From the IMG/VR virus record IMGVR_UViG_3300037225_000744: 64,000 nucleotides of DNA, one strand, 5' to 3'. Of the stretch, positions 1 to 10,665 are shown in pieces. Origin of the DNA: an uncultured virus (IMG/VR IMGVR_UViG_3300037225_000744). Lineage: Duplodnaviria > Heunggongvirae > Uroviricota > Caudoviricetes. The notes below the pieces were generated by a model, which worked only from the letters and a program-made list of their open reading frames with translations, searched no databases and had not been told where the DNA came from. Position numbers and translations under genes: made by a program. Each line of letters opens with the position of its first letter. Positions within the stretch are counted from its first letter, which is position 1.

Positions 1-996
1 ATTATCATTTAATTGACCACAACTTGAACAGAGTTTAGAACTTGGGGCAAATCGAGAAATTACAATTAAATTTTTTCCATACCACTTACATTTATACTCT
101 AATTGTCTTCTAAATTCTCCCCACCCAACATCTGAAATACTCAGAGATAACTTGTGATTTTTAATCATATTTTCTACAGCTAAATCTTCTATCACTAAAG
201 TACTCACTTGGCTTTTGTGAGTTAAATAATGAGTCAACTTATGTAAGAAATCTCCCCTTTGATTTTTAATCTGCTGATGAATCTTTGCTAATTTTAATCT
301 ATGTTTTTTTCTATTGTTACTTCCTTTAACTTTTCTCGAATGTCTTTTTTGAATTTTTTTTAATCTCTTTAATTTTTTTCTTAGTAATTTAGGATTCTCA
401 ATTTTTTCATCATTTGATAATACTGCAAACTCTTTTATTCCTAAATCTATACCAATAGTTTTATTTATATTAAATTTTTCTAATTCTTTTACATTTTCGT
501 TTGATTCAACAAGAAGAGTTACAAAAAATTGATTATAAGGATTTTTTGAAATTGTAACAGTCTTTATTTTTCCATCAAAATCTCTATGCTGTTTTAATTT
601 TATTCCTTCACTAACTTTAGGAATAAATAAGTTGCTTTCAAATATTGAAGCTCCTTGTGGAATTTGAAATGAAAAATCATTTTTGTTCTTGGATTTAAAC
701 TGAGGATATTTTCCCTGTTTTTTAAAAAATCTTGTAAAAGCATTATCTAAATTTCGAAGCGAGGCTTGAATTGATTGAGAATAAATTTCATTTAACCAAG
801 GAAACTCTTTTTTAAGCTCAGGAAGTTTTTTATTCAAAGTATAATAATTTGAAGATTTTTTAGTATTTGTATATTCCTGATTTTTAAGGGATAACCCCCA
901 ATTATATAAAAATCTTGTGCAACCAAAAGATTTCATCAGAAAAGTTTCCTGCTCTTTATTTGGATAAATTCGATATTTAAAACCTTTCTGAATCAT
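1..996 (-). CDS. tnpB: TnpB RNA-guided endonuclease (IS200/IS605), 3' end runs off the window
   Basis: Manual translation from ATG at 996: MIQKGFKYRIYPNKEQ...FGCTRFLYN, RuvC-I IGIDLGIK, RuvC-II VIEDLAV, SSKLCSSCG zinc finger; absent from the ORF track because it is open at the window edge. Confidence 0.93.
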   Translation of the reverse strand, partial: MIQKGFKYRIYPNKEQETFLMKSFGCTRFLYNWGLSLKNQEYTNTKKSSNYYTLNKKLPELKKEFPWLNEIYSQSIQASLRNLDNAFTRFFKKQGKYPQFKSKNKNDFSFQIPQGASIFESNLFIPKVSEGIKLKQHRDFDGKIKTVTISKNPYNQFFVTLLVESNENVKELEKFNINKTIGIDLGIKEFAVLSNDEKIENPKLLRKKLKRLKKIQKRHSRKVKGSNNRKKHRLKLAKIHQQIKNQRGDFLHKLTHYLTHKSQVSTLVIEDLAVENMIKNHKLSLSISDVGWGEFRRQLEYKCKWYGKNLIVISRFAPSSKLCSSCGQLNDN

Positions 997-1140
997 CTCT
1001 TCCTTCTTATATAAATTCTTAAATCTCTATAATAATATACTACTTATTAGTACAAAAGTCAAATGAATTTAAAAAAATTAAGCTTCAATAGGCCATCTGT
1101 ATCCCAAAGCTAAAGCATTGGGTTTTAGATGGCCATTTTC
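1..1140 (-). mobile_element. Non-autonomous IS605-type TnpB element E1
   Basis: Minus strand: target TTAT (1144-1141), then left end with AAAA followed by hairpin cccaatgctttagctttggg inside outer stem ggccatct/agatggcc (1091-1134); truncates a small ORF starting at 1240; no tnpA. Confidence 0.85.
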
Positions 1141-1759
1141 ATAATCTCCATTTTTCATCTATGCTAAAAACAAGTAGATGCCTAGGGTTGCCACAACTAC
1201 ATTCTAAAAAATAATCATCTTTAATTCTATCACTTTGCATTTTCTTCCTCATCCATTATTAAGCAATTATTAAAAATTACAATATCTTCTATATATTTAA
1301 AATGACATTCTTCCCAATAGGTATTTACATAATTTTTTACTAAATCAATATAACCATTCTTATCCAAAAATTTAGTTGTAAAAATACTATTTTTAAAATT
1401 TTCTTCTGAAGTTCTGACATAATATCTAAAATCAATTCTGTATAATGTTTTTGTTTTCATTTAATTACACTCCTATCTATATTTCCTAAATGATTGATAA
1501 TATGTTAGAAATCAACAATTCATTTTTACATTCTATACAAATTGGTTTTGAAAACTTCTTTACTTTTTCATACTCTACGTAAGTCAAAGTATTTAAAGCT
1601 AAATCTTTTTCATCTTCTTTAATATATTACCACATAGTTCACATTTCATATTTTTTTCTCCTTATTATAATATATAAAAACCTTATACTATATTGTCGCT
1701 AAATAGCTAAAAATACTTTAGTATTTTTTAATCAAAAAATAAATTTTCAATATCTAATA

Positions 1760-2107
1760 TTAAATCTTGCACTCTATTCTTAGTTTTACTTTTCTTTTTA
1801 TATTCTTTAACAAATCCTTAAGATCGTCTTTATGAATATAATTATCCATTAAATCTTGCTCGTATAAAGAATATACTTCATGTGGGTAAGTAAATGGTTT
1901 GGTTATATTACCCCCAGATAATCCAGAATAAAGATAGATAACTTCCTGCTCTAATAAACTAGCATCATGCAATTCTTTTTTTAACTGTTCTTTATCTATT
2001 TTACCATTTTTAATTAATATATCTTTCCACCATTTATTCCAACAACTTTCTGGTGTTTCATCCCAATCTTTACTTATCAAATATTTTTTATCTACTTTAA
2101 CTTTCAT
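1760..2107 (-). CDS. Hypothetical phage protein
   Basis: ORF track; start overlaps the stop of the upstream gene. Confidence 0.6.
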   Translation of the reverse strand: MKVKVDKKYLISKDWDETPESCWNKWWKDILIKNGKIDKEQLKKELHDASLLEQEVIYLYSGLSGGNITKPFTYPHEVYSLYEQDLMDNYIHKDDLKDLLKNIKRKVKLRIECKI

Positions 2108-3207
2108 ATTTCAATACCTTCTTCTTTTCTTTTTTCTATTAAATATTTAATACAATCTTCTTCCATAGAATAAGATTCAAATACAATTTTAAACTTACAC
2201 CATTGATATGATTTATCGAGTAACTTTACTAAAGGAATTTTTTTCAATTCATTATATCTTATAATGAAAAAATTCTTCATTTTTTGACCTGAATAATCTA
2301 TAGTAAATAAATCTTTACTTGGTTGAATCATTTTTAATTCAACACTATTTAGCATTATAAATTCTTTTTTCTTTTTTGAATCATCTATAAATCGTACTTT
2401 TTTAAGAAAAGAAGATAAAGACATTGGATTATCAATAGTGCCAGATAGTCTTACATAATCTATATCATTAACTCTAAATACAAATTCGTCATCTGTTAAA
2501 TGTATTTTAGTAATAACTCCCTTTTCAACTTTATTCACTTTCCTTTTTATTAAAAGAGCATCATCTAATTTTAATCCTTCATCTTTTACTTTTGCCCAAA
2601 TTTCATCATCTGTTAAAGTATCTTCCATTTCTGATTCTACTTCGTAAGTAGGATAATATTTCTTTACCCAATTTTCTACTATATATAAAAAATCATGCCA
2701 TGAAATATCATTATCTATTTCAAAAGATTTTTTATCAGCACCTATAGCAAAATATATTCTATGATCTTCATCTCTCCAAGAAGAAAAAACGGGAATAGGA
2801 GTACATTTTAAAAATGAATATAGATGTCTAAATAGTATTTGCAAATAATATTTATCTTCATAAGTAATATATTGCATAAATTCTTTTTTATCCAACCATT
2901 CATTTGGTCTTAAAGATGCTAAAAGTTTTATCCATTTATCTACATCTTGTATAAAATCAAAATAACTAATATTAGAGTTTATATCAAAAAATCTTTTATT
3001 ATAGCCATGAATAAAAAATAATCTAGCATTAGTACCATCCCAACCACAATACACAGAAATAGAAATATTTGTTAAATAGCTATGAATACTTTCACATAAT
3101 TTTTCAAAATAAATTAGATCATTAACTTCTAATGTAGAAATATACTCTTTATCTACTAACCATTCATTAACTGTTTCCTTAGTTTTTTCAATCCTCTTCT
3201 CATCCAT
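2104..3207 (-). CDS. Hypothetical protein with an internally duplicated N-terminal domain
   Basis: Two similar segments: SVYCGW...RLFF...FDINSNISYFDF...DKWIK and PVFSSW...RIYF...FEIDNDISWHDF...ENWVK. Confidence 0.7.
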   Translation of the reverse strand: MDEKRIEKTKETVNEWLVDKEYISTLEVNDLIYFEKLCESIHSYLTNISISVYCGWDGTNARLFFIHGYNKRFFDINSNISYFDFIQDVDKWIKLLASLRPNEWLDKKEFMQYITYEDKYYLQILFRHLYSFLKCTPIPVFSSWRDEDHRIYFAIGADKKSFEIDNDISWHDFLYIVENWVKKYYPTYEVESEMEDTLTDDEIWAKVKDEGLKLDDALLIKRKVNKVEKGVITKIHLTDDEFVFRVNDIDYVRLSGTIDNPMSLSSFLKKVRFIDDSKKKKEFIMLNSVELKMIQPSKDLFTIDYSGQKMKNFFIIRYNELKKIPLVKLLDKSYQWCKFKIVFESYSMEEDCIKYLIEKRKEEGIEI

Positions 3208-3231
3208 TTTAAATATCCTCTTCTATATATT

Positions 3232-4317
3232 CTATTTGACAGTTTCAGCTATTTCATGCAATGTATGAATATAAAATCTATCATTTTTATTATCTTGTAT
3301 CATTATATTAGATGCCTCATCCATATCTTCTGGAATATGAATATACACCTTATCTCCTTGCAATGAAGATGTAGTCATTGATAAATATCTAACTGGAATA
3401 AAGAAAATATTATTCTTAATTGAATCCACTACATTATTTTCTATTTTTATTTCTTCCTTAGCATAGTCATTATCAAAACTTTTACTTTCCAATACTAAAT
3501 TATTTTCATTAAATGATAAATAAATTCTATCTGCTACTATAGAAATTCTTTGTAGACATTCGGCAAAAGAATTTTTATTAACTACTATATAATTAGGATG
3601 TCTATACTTAGTTTTAATTTCCTCTTGAAAAATATCTATAAAACTATATTCTTTTTCGGGAAAGAAAATATAAGTATTTCCTATAATAAAATAATTATAC
3701 CCTTCGATACCAAAAACTTCTACATCATTAATTTTATAATTATTAAACATTCCAGTAACAATGCTTGGGAAATAAAATGTAGTATTTTCTCCTACATCGT
3801 TTCCACTTTGAATTGCACCTAAAACATCAGAATTATTTGAGGCAATAAAATAACCACTTCTTAACATAATAGCATCAAAATTATCTATACCTACAAAACT
3901 TCTTAAAGAAAGCATTTTTGATATATCTTTAATTTTTATATTATGTTTAAATTTCTTATTCTTAATTAAATCTAACACAAAATCAGTTTCCTTTAATTCA
4001 ATTCCTAAAGATTTAAAATCATATTTAGATTTATTATTTATTAGTACTCCTTGATCAGTAATTTCAATAGTTGCTTTTTGTGGGCATAATTTTATTAGTT
4101 GATTAAGTTTTACAGATTCATATAATCCTATAAATTCTTCCAAATTTTCTTTCTCAAAAATAGTAATTAAAACTGCATCTGAACTAAATTGAGAGAAAAC
4201 TATTTTATTCTCCTTTAGTATAGTTTTAATTTGAATCTTGTTATTTAATACTTGCTTTGTATCACTCATTGATACATAAATATCTAATACTGACAATTCT
4301 TCTTTTGTAAATAGCAT
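3232..4317 (-). CDS. Sliding clamp, DnaN/beta-clamp-like (divergent)
   Basis: 361 aa; C-terminal domain pattern IVVNKNSFAECLQRISIVA...FFIPVRYL; replication gene context. Confidence 0.6.
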   Translation of the reverse strand: MLFTKEELSVLDIYVSMSDTKQVLNNKIQIKTILKENKIVFSQFSSDAVLITIFEKENLEEFIGLYESVKLNQLIKLCPQKATIEITDQGVLINNKSKYDFKSLGIELKETDFVLDLIKNKKFKHNIKIKDISKMLSLRSFVGIDNFDAIMLRSGYFIASNNSDVLGAIQSGNDVGENTTFYFPSIVTGMFNNYKINDVEVFGIEGYNYFIIGNTYIFFPEKEYSFIDIFQEEIKTKYRHPNYIVVNKNSFAECLQRISIVADRIYLSFNENNLVLESKSFDNDYAKEEIKIENNVVDSIKNNIFFIPVRYLSMTTSSLQGDKVYIHIPEDMDEASNIMIQDNKNDRFYIHTLHEIAETVK

Positions 4318-4320
4318 TAC

Positions 4321-4527
4321 TTATCTCCTTTTAATTTTTTCTTTATAATCTTTACAATTATAATGTTGATTTTTAATATTACATGACTCTATTTGCTCTT
4401 CTATTATTTCTCCAAAAATAGGACTTTTAATTTTTACATCCTTCTTTATTCTGCACGTATATATATCTATTGGACAACTTACATTTACACAGTTTATGCA
4501 AAATACTTCTACTTTTTTCGTACTCAT
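4321..4527 (-). CDS. Small Cys-rich protein (paralog of 16163..16363)
   Basis: VFCINCV...CNIKN...CKDY pattern; RBS AAGGAG. Confidence 0.6.
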   Translation of the reverse strand: MSTKKVEVFCINCVNVSCPIDIYTCRIKKDVKIKSPIFGEIIEEQIESCNIKNQHYNCKDYKEKIKRR

Positions 4528-4553
4528 TTTAATTCTCCTTATTTATTAGTATT

Positions 4554-4964
4554 TTAAAACCATTTACTAATTATTTCTTTAATTTGAAATTTTAAACTTA
4601 TTAAATAAGGATATAAATTATTTATGTCATATAACATAGTTGACCCTTTTTGTTTATTAAATTTAAAATGCAATCCATTTCTCAATTTTTTAATATTATT
4701 AAATGCTCTCAAATAACTATTAGTTATATCAACTAACCCTATTTTAATTAACTTACCTAAAGCTTTTTCAAAAGCTAAAGATCTGCCTATTTCTAAATCA
4801 AATGTATCACCATCTTTAAAATTACACTTTGCTTTTGCTGAAACAATTACTCCAACTTTATTTTTAATATAGCAAATAACTACTTTATTATTAATCTGTT
4901 GAAAATAAACATTGTACTTCATACCATTAAAAGTATAATTAAATCCATTTCTATTCTTTCTCAT
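4554..4964 (-). CDS. Hypothetical phage protein
   Basis: AKCNFKDGDTFDLEIGRSLA motif of a type common in small phage proteins; RBS. Confidence 0.6.
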   Translation of the reverse strand: MRKNRNGFNYTFNGMKYNVYFQQINNKVVICYIKNKVGVIVSAKAKCNFKDGDTFDLEIGRSLAFEKALGKLIKIGLVDITNSYLRAFNNIKKLRNGLHFKFNKQKGSTMLYDINNLYPYLISLKFQIKEIISKWF

Positions 4965-5143
4965 TTTTCTTCTCCTTTAATCTTGTATTTAGATAATAAC
5001 ATTCTGGTGCATCTATAAATTGACAAATATCTACTTTAGCTTTCATAGCATCATAAATAATTATTTCAGTTAAAGCTCTACTACATTTACCACCTTCTTT
5101 ACAAGTTTTATAAAATCCACAATAAGTTCTGTCTCTATATCAT
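4951..5143 (-). pseudogene. Small Cys-rich gene frameshifted just after its start
   Basis: RBS AAGGAG and ATG at 5143 give ATG ATA TAG; the shifted frame reads YRDRTYCGFYKTCKEGGKCSRALT...PECYY to TAG at 4951. Confidence 0.5.
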
Positions 5144-5155
5144 ATCTTTTCTCCT

Positions 5156-5818
5156 TTAATTCATACATATCAATCTAATACTAAATATTCCCAAGCATTT
5201 TGGGCAATAATCAAATTCATATTCCCTACCACATAAAGCGCTCCAAGTCCATTCTGGGCTTTTAACAATGCCTTTACTTAATTTTATTGGCCCATCTAAG
5301 CAGCAAATAGCATCATATTCAATAACTATAAATCTTTCTATACTCGTTTTTATATTTTGTATTATTTCCTGTTTATAATCTATAGAAGAATTTAATTTAA
5401 AATTTAATGTTGCATTTATTTTTTTATAGTTTTCTTTATTTAATTGCCCATCTTTAAAAATTAAAATATTATCAAATTGTAATGTTTGATCTGTATTATT
5501 ATTTAATATTCCTTTTCTTAATTGATGATAATTATTTTTTAAATATGATAATATAGTAGATTTTTTAAAATTACATTTAAATACTAAATCTGAAATGTTT
5601 TTAATTTTCTTTTTAGAAATTATATTATAAAATTTATTATCCCATCCTAAATATATATAAAAATAATTTTTATTTTCCCCTTTAAATAAACATAAATTTT
5701 TTATATCTTCATCCCAATTATATAATATTAATGATATAAATAAATAATCTTTAGTAGAGTTTAAAAATCTATTATCTCTAGGAAAAAAAGTATTTTCATT
5801 AGGATAATTTCTTTTCAT
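5156..5818 (-). CDS. Hypothetical protein with C-terminal Cys cluster
   Basis: 220 aa ORF ending WTWSALCGREY...CPKC...ICMN. Confidence 0.6.
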   Translation of the reverse strand: MKRNYPNENTFFPRDNRFLNSTKDYLFISLILYNWDEDIKNLCLFKGENKNYFYIYLGWDNKFYNIISKKKIKNISDLVFKCNFKKSTILSYLKNNYHQLRKGILNNNTDQTLQFDNILIFKDGQLNKENYKKINATLNFKLNSSIDYKQEIIQNIKTSIERFIVIEYDAICCLDGPIKLSKGIVKSPEWTWSALCGREYEFDYCPKCLGIFSIRLICMN

Positions 5819-7992
5819 ACTAGTTTCCCATCATTCATATTGAATATAGTACAATTACTTAAATTAGATAACATCTCTTTCGTGTCGTCTTTATGAGATA
5901 TAAAAAATGCTTGCTCTATATTTTTTTGATTTAATATTGTATTAAATAATCTTAATGACATTTCTGAACTTGCATCTGAATCTATCTCATCTCCAATAAA
6001 TATTCCTAATCTTTGTAAATTAGATAAAGCTAATCTAAAAGAAACTGATAATAATTGTTTTTCAAATCCACTTGCCATTATAACAGATGTCTTCTCTTTA
6101 CCCTCTTCACTATAATAAAAATCAACTCCTTTTTCATCTCTCATTAATGAAATACTATATCTTCCATAAGACTTAGAAAATATTTCATTCATCTTTAGTT
6201 TTATATATTCAGTACCATTATCTATTAAATAAGAACTAAAATCTTTTCCTATTAATTTTTTACTTGTTTCTAATAAACTAATATCCTTCCTTAATTTTTC
6301 TAAAATATTTTCTTTATCATTTATTAGTAAAATATTTTTACTTTCTTCTTTTTTTGTTAATTCATTAGACTTAATTATACTTTTTCTTTCAGCTTCTAAT
6401 TGAATACATTTATTTAATTTTACTTTTAATGATTCAAAATTATTTAAATCAAATTCTTTTGGTTCTTTTATCTTAATAGGTTCAGATATTTTTTGTAATT
6501 CTTCTATTTTGCTTTCTAATACAGCTATATCTTGATTATATTTATTTCTTATCTTTTCTGTTTCTTCGTTTTCTTTTACACATCTATCATATTCTTTTTT
6601 TGCTAATTCACAATTCAATATTGTTTCTTTAATTCTTTCTATATCTTTTTTTATTTCATCTTTATTTTCTTTTGGTTCTTCAATAATTTTTATACTATTT
6701 AATTCATTTTCATAGCCTTGTACTTGCGCTGTTAAAAATCCTCTTTTAGTTTTTATTTGTTCATTTTCAAATATTTTTTTATCATAGTCATTTATTATAT
6801 GTTTTATTTCTTTACTTTCACATTCTAATAATTCTTTATTCAAGGTCAAGGCATTCAATTCTTTTTCTATATCAGAAACAGATAAAATATAATTTTGACC
6901 ACAAGTAGGACATTTACCTTGTTTAGCTAATTCTAAATGTTTCTTTTCTAATTGTATTTGAGAATTATACCCTGCTATTTCTTTTTCTATTTCTTCTACA
7001 TCTTTATTATTATATTCGCATGGTTGAATTCTTTTAATTATTAAATTATTTAATTCCTTATTTTTTTCTTCTATCTTCTTATTTAATCCTTCTTTTAAAT
7101 TTATATACCTATTATAATCTTTTATACTATTTTCTAATATAATTAAATTTTTTTCCCAATCATTTTTTCTTTGAGTAAATTCACCAAGTGCTTTTTCATG
7201 ATATACTGGTAAACAATATAAACTAGTATCATTAAATTTTTTCTTATTTACTTCTATTTCACCACTATATTTTTTTATATCTTGTAAACATTTTTGATAA
7301 TTTAATAATTGCTTTTCATACTCAATATGTCTTTGTGTTTGAACAATATATTCTTCTTTTTCTTTTTCTAAATCATTTATTTGTTTTTCTAATTGAGAAT
7401 AGTCTTCTACATCTGGAACATCTTGATATTCAAATTTTCTATTTTTTAAATTATGTATTTCATTTTCAACTATTTCTATTTGAATCTTTAATTCATCAAT
7501 TTTTTCCTTTATTTTAATTACACTATTATCTATATCCTGCAATCCAAAAATCATTTTTAATTTTTCAAGTCTTGGTGTAGGTTTTTCAAATAATAATTGA
7601 GTTGATTTACCTTGCATTGATATATTAGAATATAGTACTAATTCAGAATTTATAACTTCACCTAATTTTTTAGTTGCGTCAGAATTCTTATAAGGTTGAT
7701 CTTCTCCTTCAATAAATAAAGTTCTATTATTTGTTTTTCCACCTACAATATTATAGATATAATTTTTGTTATCTAAACTAAATTCTGATTCTATTTCAAA
7801 TTTCTTAGCACTCCATTTAATATATTCTGCTATATTACCCTCAGTATGATTAGCAATTAATAAAGCTAATGCTTCAAGAATTGCTGTCTTTCCAGAGCCA
7901 GTATTACCCGATATAAGATTCAACTTACTAAAAGTTAGATCTAAATCAGATATATTTTTAAAATTATTTATTTTTAGATTTTTAATAAACAT
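5815..7992 (-). CDS. SbcC/Rad50 (T4 gp46-like) ATPase
   Basis: Walker A GNTGSGKT, coiled coils, zinc hook CPTCG, signature ASGFEK, Walker B IGDEID, ISH loop. Confidence 0.92.
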   Translation of the reverse strand: MFIKNLKINNFKNISDLDLTFSKLNLISGNTGSGKTAILEALALLIANHTEGNIAEYIKWSAKKFEIESEFSLDNKNYIYNIVGGKTNNRTLFIEGEDQPYKNSDATKKLGEVINSELVLYSNISMQGKSTQLLFEKPTPRLEKLKMIFGLQDIDNSVIKIKEKIDELKIQIEIVENEIHNLKNRKFEYQDVPDVEDYSQLEKQINDLEKEKEEYIVQTQRHIEYEKQLLNYQKCLQDIKKYSGEIEVNKKKFNDTSLYCLPVYHEKALGEFTQRKNDWEKNLIILENSIKDYNRYINLKEGLNKKIEEKNKELNNLIIKRIQPCEYNNKDVEEIEKEIAGYNSQIQLEKKHLELAKQGKCPTCGQNYILSVSDIEKELNALTLNKELLECESKEIKHIINDYDKKIFENEQIKTKRGFLTAQVQGYENELNSIKIIEEPKENKDEIKKDIERIKETILNCELAKKEYDRCVKENEETEKIRNKYNQDIAVLESKIEELQKISEPIKIKEPKEFDLNNFESLKVKLNKCIQLEAERKSIIKSNELTKKEESKNILLINDKENILEKLRKDISLLETSKKLIGKDFSSYLIDNGTEYIKLKMNEIFSKSYGRYSISLMRDEKGVDFYYSEEGKEKTSVIMASGFEKQLLSVSFRLALSNLQRLGIFIGDEIDSDASSEMSLRLFNTILNQKNIEQAFFISHKDDTKEMLSNLSNCTIFNMNDGKLV

Positions 7993-8291
7993 TATTTTAT
8001 TCCTAACATTTTTTGCATATTTTTTATAATCTTTATATTTCTTTTTGAAGTATTATTATTTAAGACATATAATAAACATTTAAAATATAAATTATATAAT
8101 TTATACTGTCTCTGTTGCTGATCTACAACATTAATTAATATTTCATTAGTATTATTACTATCAAAATAAGAATTTAGATCTTTTTTAATTTTTAGATTTT
8201 TAATATACATTTTATTTTTCCTTATTTAAATAAAAGTGAATCAACCCTTATACTATAATATATAAAAATTGATCCACTTTTTTAATAAAAA

Positions 8292-9440
8292 TTATAATTG
8301 TTCTACTACTGGTACAACTAATTCTTCTACCACATTTTCATCCTTTTTCTTTCTTCCTCTTTTCTTAACTTCTTGCTCCTCAACTATTTCTTCTTTAACT
8401 TGTTCCTTAGTAATATCAGCAAAGCTCCCAACAACAGGAGCGTCTTTTAATAATACAGTTTTAGAAACTAAATTATATAATTCATCATATAATTCTTTAT
8501 TATTTCTTAATTCATTTATAAAATTATCTCTACCTTGCCATTTTAAATCTTGCCCCTTAAAATTATACTTAAACCAAGCGCCCCCTTTTTCAACCATACC
8601 ATTAACTACAGATAAATCCGCAACTTCTCCTAAAGTATCTATACCAAATCTTTCAGGTCCTATATAAAGTTCTGTTTCTATAACTCTAAATGGTGGTCCC
8701 ACTTTATTTTTTACATTTTTTATTTTAGTAACAAATCCTATTGGTTCTGTTTTTTCCCCTATTACTTCTCCTCTTCTAACTTCAAATCTAATAGAAGAAT
8801 AAAATTTAAGAGCCATCCCTCCTGTAGCTTCTTCAGGATTTCCGTAACCACCAATTTTCATACGAATTTGATTGACAAAAATTAAACTACAATCATTTCC
8901 TATCATACAAGCATTTATTTTTTTCAACCCCATGCTCATTAATCTAGCTGTTTGTGCCATCATAGCATCTGAATATTCTGCTTCTATTTCTGCTTTAGTA
9001 ACCATAGCAGAAACACTATCAATTACAATTAAAGAAACGCTTTTAGATTTAATCATCATTTCAGCTAAATCTAAAGCTTCATCCCCTGATCCAGGTTGAT
9101 GATAAAGTATTTTTTCAGTATCAATACCAATAGCATCAGCCCAAGATCTATCAAAACTATTTTCTAAATCTATAAAAGCTACAACCTTATCTGGATTAGA
9201 TTTTTGTGCTTCCCTCATAGCATGTAAAGATAATGTTGTTTTACCACCAGAAGGAGGACCAAACATTTCCATTATTCTACCTTTAGGTAATCCGCCACAC
9301 CCTATCGCTAAATCAAGTTTTAAAGACCCTGTACTACATAATATAGGAATATTTTTAAGTACTTCATTACCAAATTTTAAAGTACCATTTCCATATTTTT
9401 TATTTGCTTCTTGAATTAAATTTTTTAACCCATCTGACAT
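8292..9440 (-). CDS. recA: RecA recombinase
   Basis: STGSLKLDLAIG, GRIMEMFGPPSGGKTT, IDSVSAM, FVNQIR, TGGMALKFYSSIR, VKNKVGPPFR. Confidence 0.97.
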   Translation of the reverse strand: MSDGLKNLIQEANKKYGNGTLKFGNEVLKNIPILCSTGSLKLDLAIGCGGLPKGRIMEMFGPPSGGKTTLSLHAMREAQKSNPDKVVAFIDLENSFDRSWADAIGIDTEKILYHQPGSGDEALDLAEMMIKSKSVSLIVIDSVSAMVTKAEIEAEYSDAMMAQTARLMSMGLKKINACMIGNDCSLIFVNQIRMKIGGYGNPEEATGGMALKFYSSIRFEVRRGEVIGEKTEPIGFVTKIKNVKNKVGPPFRVIETELYIGPERFGIDTLGEVADLSVVNGMVEKGGAWFKYNFKGQDLKWQGRDNFINELRNNKELYDELYNLVSKTVLLKDAPVVGSFADITKEQVKEEIVEEQEVKKRGRKKKDENVVEELVVPVVEQL

Positions 9441-9453
9441 AATATTTTCTCCT

Positions 9454-10665
9454 TTAACTATAAAATATATTAATCTCTTTTAAAAATAAATTTTTCCAAT
9501 ATTCTTTATCACTACAATAATCTTTTTCCCATATATGCCACAAATAAAAATCACTTTGAATTATATTTTCTTCTTTTATCTTATCTTTTAACCAAATATC
9601 TTCACAAGATATAGTTCTATCAAAACTTAAAGGATGATCTTTTGCTTTATAAATATTAGGGTTAGCATGCCAAAGATCTCCATTAAATTCTATACAAAAC
9701 TTTTTATCATTATATTTTATAGCAAAGTCTAAAAAATATAATGTTTGATTTATTTTATAATAATTTTTGAAAGAATTTAAAACTCTTATAAAATATTCTT
9801 GATTTAATTCTGAAAAATAAATATTCTTTTTTAAATTTTCATTTAATTCATTATATATTGACCAAAATAATTCTTGAGATATTTTAGAATAACCTCTTTC
9901 TCCTTGTAAACAAAAATTATGAGGAACACCATATCTTTCTAACATAGTGTTTTTCATTTGTAATTGAATTTCTTTATTTTGTGCAGGATTGATGCAACCA
10001 AATTTAATTAAACATGTATCTATTGTTTTCTTTTTAAGTTCTTCATTTAAAAAAGGAGCATCCGCACCATATTTTATATTACATGTTTCTTTTCTTTTAA
10101 AAACAACTTCAGGATTTTTAGAATTATGTGTATAGCCTGTTTTTTCAAAATAGGTATCACTACATTTTTGTCTTACTATTGATTCTTTTTTCCAAGGGTT
10201 AGTAGCACCAAATTTATTTATACATGTTTGTTCCCTCTTTTGTTTATTATTATAGTTTTCATCTCCATATCTTTCTAACTTTGTTTCTTTAATTTTCTTT
10301 TTACAATCTTGTGATTTTCTTATATTTGTTACCCCATATAATTGTAAATTTGTTTGTTCTCTTTTTTCTTTTATTATATTCTTCTCCTCATCTGTTTTAA
10401 TAGTATATTTATTTCTTATTAATATTCCACTACATATTTTACATAAATTTTTAAAATTTGAGGATTGATATATTAAATTTTCTTCACTTCTGCAATATTT
10501 ACAACAATGATATTCTTTAATATCATATATTTTCAATAACTTTTTTAATTTCCCACATGATATGTCAAATTCAATAGAAATTTCAGAAAGAAGTTTTTTC
10601 TTATTAATATGCTCTTCTATTAAAAAATTTCTATTAAATAAACTATTATTAAATTTTCTTCTCAT
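9454..10665 (-). CDS. Putative free-standing homing endonuclease (repeats plus PD-(D/E)xK/Vsr-like domain)
   Basis: Tandem K..T...KYG..NP repeats; C-terminal LDFAIK...IEFNGDLWH...IWE. Confidence 0.75.
   Translation of the reverse strand: MRRKFNNSLFNRNFLIEEHINKKKLLSEISIEFDISCGKLKKLLKIYDIKEYHCCKYCRSEENLIYQSSNFKNLCKICSGILIRNKYTIKTDEEKNIIKEKREQTNLQLYGVTNIRKSQDCKKKIKETKLERYGDENYNNKQKREQTCINKFGATNPWKKESIVRQKCSDTYFEKTGYTHNSKNPEVVFKRKETCNIKYGADAPFLNEELKKKTIDTCLIKFGCINPAQNKEIQLQMKNTMLERYGVPHNFCLQGERGYSKISQELFWSIYNELNENLKKNIYFSELNQEYFIRVLNSFKNYYKINQTLYFLDFAIKYNDKKFCIEFNGDLWHANPNIYKAKDHPLSFDRTISCEDIWLKDKIKEENIIQSDFYLWHIWEKDYCSDKEYWKNLFLKEINIFYS

Noticed and set aside
4575..4640. YDINNLYP resembling family B polymerase motif A
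   Set aside because: Isolated short match at the end of a 136-aa ORF with no other polymerase motifs
8269..9099. Plus-strand ORFs opposite recA and similar antisense ORFs elsewhere
   Set aside because: Antisense shadows of well-supported genes, without RBS or motifs
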